Below are positions 60,542 to 64,000 of a stretch of DNA of 64,000 nt, one piece after another. Each line of letters starts with the position of its first letter. Positions within the stretch are counted from its first letter, which is position 1. Origin of the DNA: Candidatus Thorarchaeota archaeon (GTDB lineage Archaea; Asgardarchaeota; Thorarchaeia; Thorarchaeales; Thorarchaeaceae); contig JBHLQH010000004.1 of assembly GCA_048884965.1 (NCBI GenBank), positions 64,001 through 128,000 of the forward strand, given 5' to 3'. The position numbers were made by a program, and so were the translations under genes. Below the pieces are notes generated by a model. The model searched no databases and was not told the DNA's origin. It worked only from the letters and a program-made list of their open reading frames with translations.

Positions 60542-60572
60542 AAAAGAAAAAACGAGGGGGCTTGCCCCTCGT
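60542..60572 (-). terminator. GC hairpin plus T-tract after the surface-protein gene
   Basis: Plus strand AAAAGAAAAA-ACGAGGGG-gcttg-CCCCTCGT; on the minus strand the stem is followed by TTTTTCTTTT. Confidence 0.72.
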
Positions 60573-60586
60573 CTATCCTAGTTGGA

Positions 60587-63500
60587 TTACTTCTTTTTCC
60601 GTTGTGCTGGCTTGCCAGCTGCTCTACGATTCATGATGAATTTAGCTAGCAAAAATCCTAGAATTACTGTCCCAGCTCCAATAAAGAAACCATAGGATGA
60701 CATGATAGTACTGAAGCTCTCTGCTATTGCACCAATTAGATCGGGATTAGCTACTTCATACATTATTTCTATACGGAGCACATTACCTGCATAGTCTTCT
60801 GCTTCGAAGGCAATGGTGTGCTCACCATTCTCTACTTGGGTCGTATCCCATGAAACAGTATCGTTGACACCATCTTCTGTTGTAACAAAACTGCCGTCTA
60901 CATAGAAACGAACCTGTTCAATTCCACTTCCTGCATCATAACCTGAAATTGAGAATGTAACAAGTCCTTTTACAATTGCTCCTTCAGTAGGCCCATTGAG
61001 GCTTAGTGAAGGATTGTCAGTATCACCAACATTGTACTCCAGTGGCTCAGCATCTGAACCTATGTAAGTTGCTTGGTCATAGATATCGTATGCAACCACA
61101 TAGTACAGTACTGTATTCCAATAGTCTTGTGCTGGAATAACTCCTGTATATACTGGACCATTATTACCCATCTCAAGAGAGATCCAAGCTTGACTCAAGA
61201 TCAATGATGGCGGCGCCGTGTATGGTTCGACGGCATAAAATAGTGTCACGTTCTTAATGTTAGATACATCTAGCACTGTGACAGAAACAGTGGTATCTTC
61301 TCCGTAGTCGGGTTGACTGGGATTTAGCATGAGCGAATAGACAAGAGGTGAATGAACATCATTTTGAACATTCACTAATACAGAATCCTCACTCATGAGT
61401 CCTTCATTATCAAACGCCACTACTGAAATGGTATGTGTACCGTTAGAAACAGATCGTGAGTCCCACATGAATGAATATGGTGAGGTTGTGTCATTATATA
61501 CAGAGGTCGAATCGATCAGGTACTCAACTCTTTCAATGCCACTGCCAATGTCACTTGCTGAAGCATTGATAAATGTTGAATCTACAATCATGCTTGCGTC
61601 AGAAGGAGTATCTAATGTCACCGATGGATTGATGTCATCACCCACGATGAAATTGTAGTCATTTCCTCCATTATCGCTAACTGTAAGGTGCCCCGCATAG
61701 TCTGCTATTGTAGCAAAATAGTCTACTGATGTACCCCATGGAAGCGTAGGAATTGTTGCCGTCCAGTGTGAGAACTGATAAGAAGCTGGTACTGAAAGCC
61801 AACCAGACCCTGAGTTGTAGTATACCAAAACCTCTTCAACACCGGCTCTATTGTCGTCCGCGTTTATGTTCACTGTGGTTGGTGAGTGATAGACGGGAGT
61901 GACTACTACTGGTATTCCTGTTGGTGATACAGAATCGGTAATGGTCACATCATCGAAAAGGATAGAGGTCTTCCCCGTTCCATCTGAATACACCCAAAGT
62001 TGAATCGATGTTACATTCCAAGAGTTGGCACCAAAACCAGCTTCGGCATCACTTGCGAGATATCTTACTGTGTGAATCCATGTTGATGTGGTATTCACTT
62101 CTGGTACGATGTAATATACCTCATTCGATTGATTTGTAAGTGACAGCCCAGAGTCGAGTGCAAGATAGTAATATGCATAGTAATACCCTTCGAAAGTAAC
62201 TTCCACGTATGCAAACCCATTGATTGAAGATGTGAATTCATCCAAGCGCCACCAAAAGTCAATACATCCCCCTGAATCCAATTGGTATCTGAGATCTCGA
62301 GTTAGTCTGGCTGATTCACCAGCAGCTGGTGTTATGTTCGCTGCCCAATTACCACTATGTGAATCATGAGTGTGATTGAAATTCGACTGAGTGCCAAAAT
62401 TGTTCCACCCTGGAATTTCATATGTTGTGGATCTTCCATCTGCTTCCATTTCAAAGCCAGGATCACCAGTTGGATAGCAAATTACGCGTAAAGAATCAAT
62501 CAAGATTTCAGCTGTGGCATTTGAATATCCTTGAGTATATGTATACAACTCATAACTATAGACTCCAATATCCGTAAAACCAATTTCGTTCACAAAATCA
62601 TAGAGATCTATGTGGAAGTGATTCCATTCTCCTCTGGAACCAAACCCTGGTGCTTCTAGGTAGTAATATGAATAGGTCGGTTGAGAATAATTCCCTCCTA
62701 TACTGGCGTTCATATTGTTGCCAAAATAATAGCTCACCGATGACCAATATGTATCATTGCTGAAATAGATGCTCAAATAACTTGATTGACTAAGTCCATT
62801 GAAAGTGTCCTGATACTTCCAATCAAAATCAAAAAGCAAGATATCAGGAGCGTATGGAGTTATTCCAAGTGGATTGCCTAGATCTTGATGAATCCAAGCA
62901 CTGCTATAGGATCCATCTACCGTACTAGAAGCAGTAAGGTTGAGTGCTTTCGCACCGTGGATACTGTCACTTGATAAAGAAACATAGCTCTCATCGGTTT
63001 GACCACTCGACCCCCAATATCCTCCATCCCCAGTTTCAAAGTTGCCATTTCTCGATTGTAGATAATCATACGCGGTGGCATTAGTTACAGAGACATCATC
63101 GATAATAGCTTCTGAAATTCCACCTGAATTCGTTTGAGAATAAACTTGGAACTGTAATTGAGTGATATAGAGATTGCCTGATGCTGACCATCCAGGTCTA
63201 GCATTGAAATCATCAAACAGATTCTGATTGAAGTGATTCCACTGTAGCATGGATTCATTTAGTAGATATCTAGTGGTAATGGACGAATTTGAGCCAAAGC
63301 TATTACCAGCGGCTAGATAATAGACGATATAGTAGTATGATCCATTATAAAACTCGACCGAGAAGAAACAAGAACTACCTACTGAAATATCAGGAATAGC
63401 AACGGTATACCACCAGAATTCGAGCTCAAGGCTTTCATCTATATTTGCTGATAGCCCACCAGGGTATTGAAGTAGGTTTGCGTAGCTGTCAGAAAACTCG

Positions 63501-63832
63501 GACCCTTGTGCTTGAATCCTACCCGAATAAGAACCGTTTGCTACAAAATCTTGGTATGTATCATTTGATCTAGACCAAGTAGTGTGGTAATAATCCCAGC
63601 CTTGAGGTCCGCCAAAATCGTCGGATTCCTCAAAATCCCAATTCCGTTTGAGTACATTGAGACTGTCGTCAGCAACATTCGCAGCGGAAGTTACTATTCC
63701 TGACCCTTCATGCTCAATTGGATTATAAATCACATTCTGATCTGCAACCATCACTATTTCTGGTGAAATTAAAAGAGGACCAAGAAATAGAAAGACGATT
63801 AGTACAGTTACGTACGTCTTTGACATATGCAT
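60587..63832 (-). CDS. Large surface glycoprotein: three jelly-roll/CBM-like repeats, four Ig-like domains, C-terminal TM anchor
   Basis: Signal peptide; repeats opening NWDFE/NGNFE/DPGFE and closing IIDDVSV/LIDSLRV/LFDDVTI; two WD[ST]xxVxNGxHTI Ig domains; TM helix and RKKK tail; many N-x-S/T sequons. Confidence 0.8.
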   Translation of the reverse strand: MHMSKTYVTVLIVFLFLGPLLISPEIVMVADQNVIYNPIEHEGSGIVTSAANVADDSLNVLKRNWDFEESDDFGGPQGWDYYHTTWSRSNDTYQDFVANGSYSGRIQAQGSEFSDSYANLLQYPGGLSANIDESLELEFWWYTVAIPDISVGSSCFFSVEFYNGSYYYIVYYLAAGNSFGSNSSITTRYLLNESMLQWNHFNQNLFDDFNARPGWSASGNLYITQLQFQVYSQTNSGGISEAIIDDVSVTNATAYDYLQSRNGNFETGDGGYWGSSGQTDESYVSLSSDSIHGAKALNLTASSTVDGSYSSAWIHQDLGNPLGITPYAPDILLFDFDWKYQDTFNGLSQSSYLSIYFSNDTYWSSVSYYFGNNMNASIGGNYSQPTYSYYYLEAPGFGSRGEWNHFHIDLYDFVNEIGFTDIGVYSYELYTYTQGYSNATAEILIDSLRVICYPTGDPGFEMEADGRSTTYEIPGWNNFGTQSNFNHTHDSHSGNWAANITPAAGESARLTRDLRYQLDSGGCIDFWWRLDEFTSSINGFAYVEVTFEGYYYAYYYLALDSGLSLTNQSNEVYYIVPEVNTTSTWIHTVRYLASDAEAGFGANSWNVTSIQLWVYSDGTGKTSILFDDVTITDSVSPTGIPVVVTPVYHSPTTVNINADDNRAGVEEVLVYYNSGSGWLSVPASYQFSHWTATIPTLPWGTSVDYFATIADYAGHLTVSDNGGNDYNFIVGDDINPSVTLDTPSDASMIVDSTFINASASDIGSGIERVEYLIDSTSVYNDTTSPYSFMWDSRSVSNGTHTISVVAFDNEGLMSEDSVLVNVQNDVHSPLVYSLMLNPSQPDYGEDTTVSVTVLDVSNIKNVTLFYAVEPYTAPPSLILSQAWISLEMGNNGPVYTGVIPAQDYWNTVLYYVVAYDIYDQATYIGSDAEPLEYNVGDTDNPSLSLNGPTEGAIVKGLVTFSISGYDAGSGIEQVRFYVDGSFVTTEDGVNDTVSWDTTQVENGEHTIAFEAEDYAGNVLRIEIMYEVANPDLIGAIAESFSTIMSSYGFFIGAGTVILGFLLAKFIMNRRAAGKPAQRKKK

Positions 63833-64000
63833 TCTCTCCTAAATCTCAAAGCGAATTTTGAAACTATAAAATGGTGCTTAGGTTTGGAATAAACCAGTAT
63901 AACTGTTTTGCATATCTTAGATTATGTAACCTTATCATTATATTCATAAGTTTTCAAAATAAACGATTGTTAAAATAGGGAGAGCCAATCAGATGATTCA

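Noticed and set aside
1-64000. tRNA, rRNA, CRISPR arrays, transposases, integrases
   Set aside because: None recognised by eye. Intergenic gaps are mostly short and show no cloverleaf or repeat-spacer pattern; a tRNAscan/Infernal run would be needed to exclude small RNAs.

Overview
This is a roughly 42% GC, gene-dense archaeal window. Gene content points to an Asgard archaeon, most likely Thorarchaeia (inference): a Rab-like small GTPase, a longin-like protein, a PCI-like winged helix, an LRR protein, many orphan PAS histidine kinases and Thr-linker-anchored surface proteins. I found no rRNA, tRNA, CRISPR array or transposase. The main feature is a ~14.6 kb, almost entirely minus-strand cluster (24774-39358) that looks like a genotoxin / DNA-adduct defence island. 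In transcription order it encodes a DinB-family protein, an ArsR-HTH/GyrI-like sensor, a nucleotidyltransferase, a single UvrA-like ATPase, a GNAT fused to an SSB-type OB fold, a convergent GNAT, a double-length UvrA with complementary halves, a squalene-cyclase-fold protein and an AlkZ/YcaQ glycosylase. There is no uvrB or uvrC in the window. Also present are an Fpg/Nei homologue lacking catalytic residues, a copper locus (PadR-TRASH plus CopA, tandem palindromic operators), an acyl-CoA ligase/FabH-like/MaoC operon, a divergent serpin-like protein, a five-repeat membrane protein and several bacterial-style terminator hairpins. All family calls come from motif recognition by eye, not database searches.
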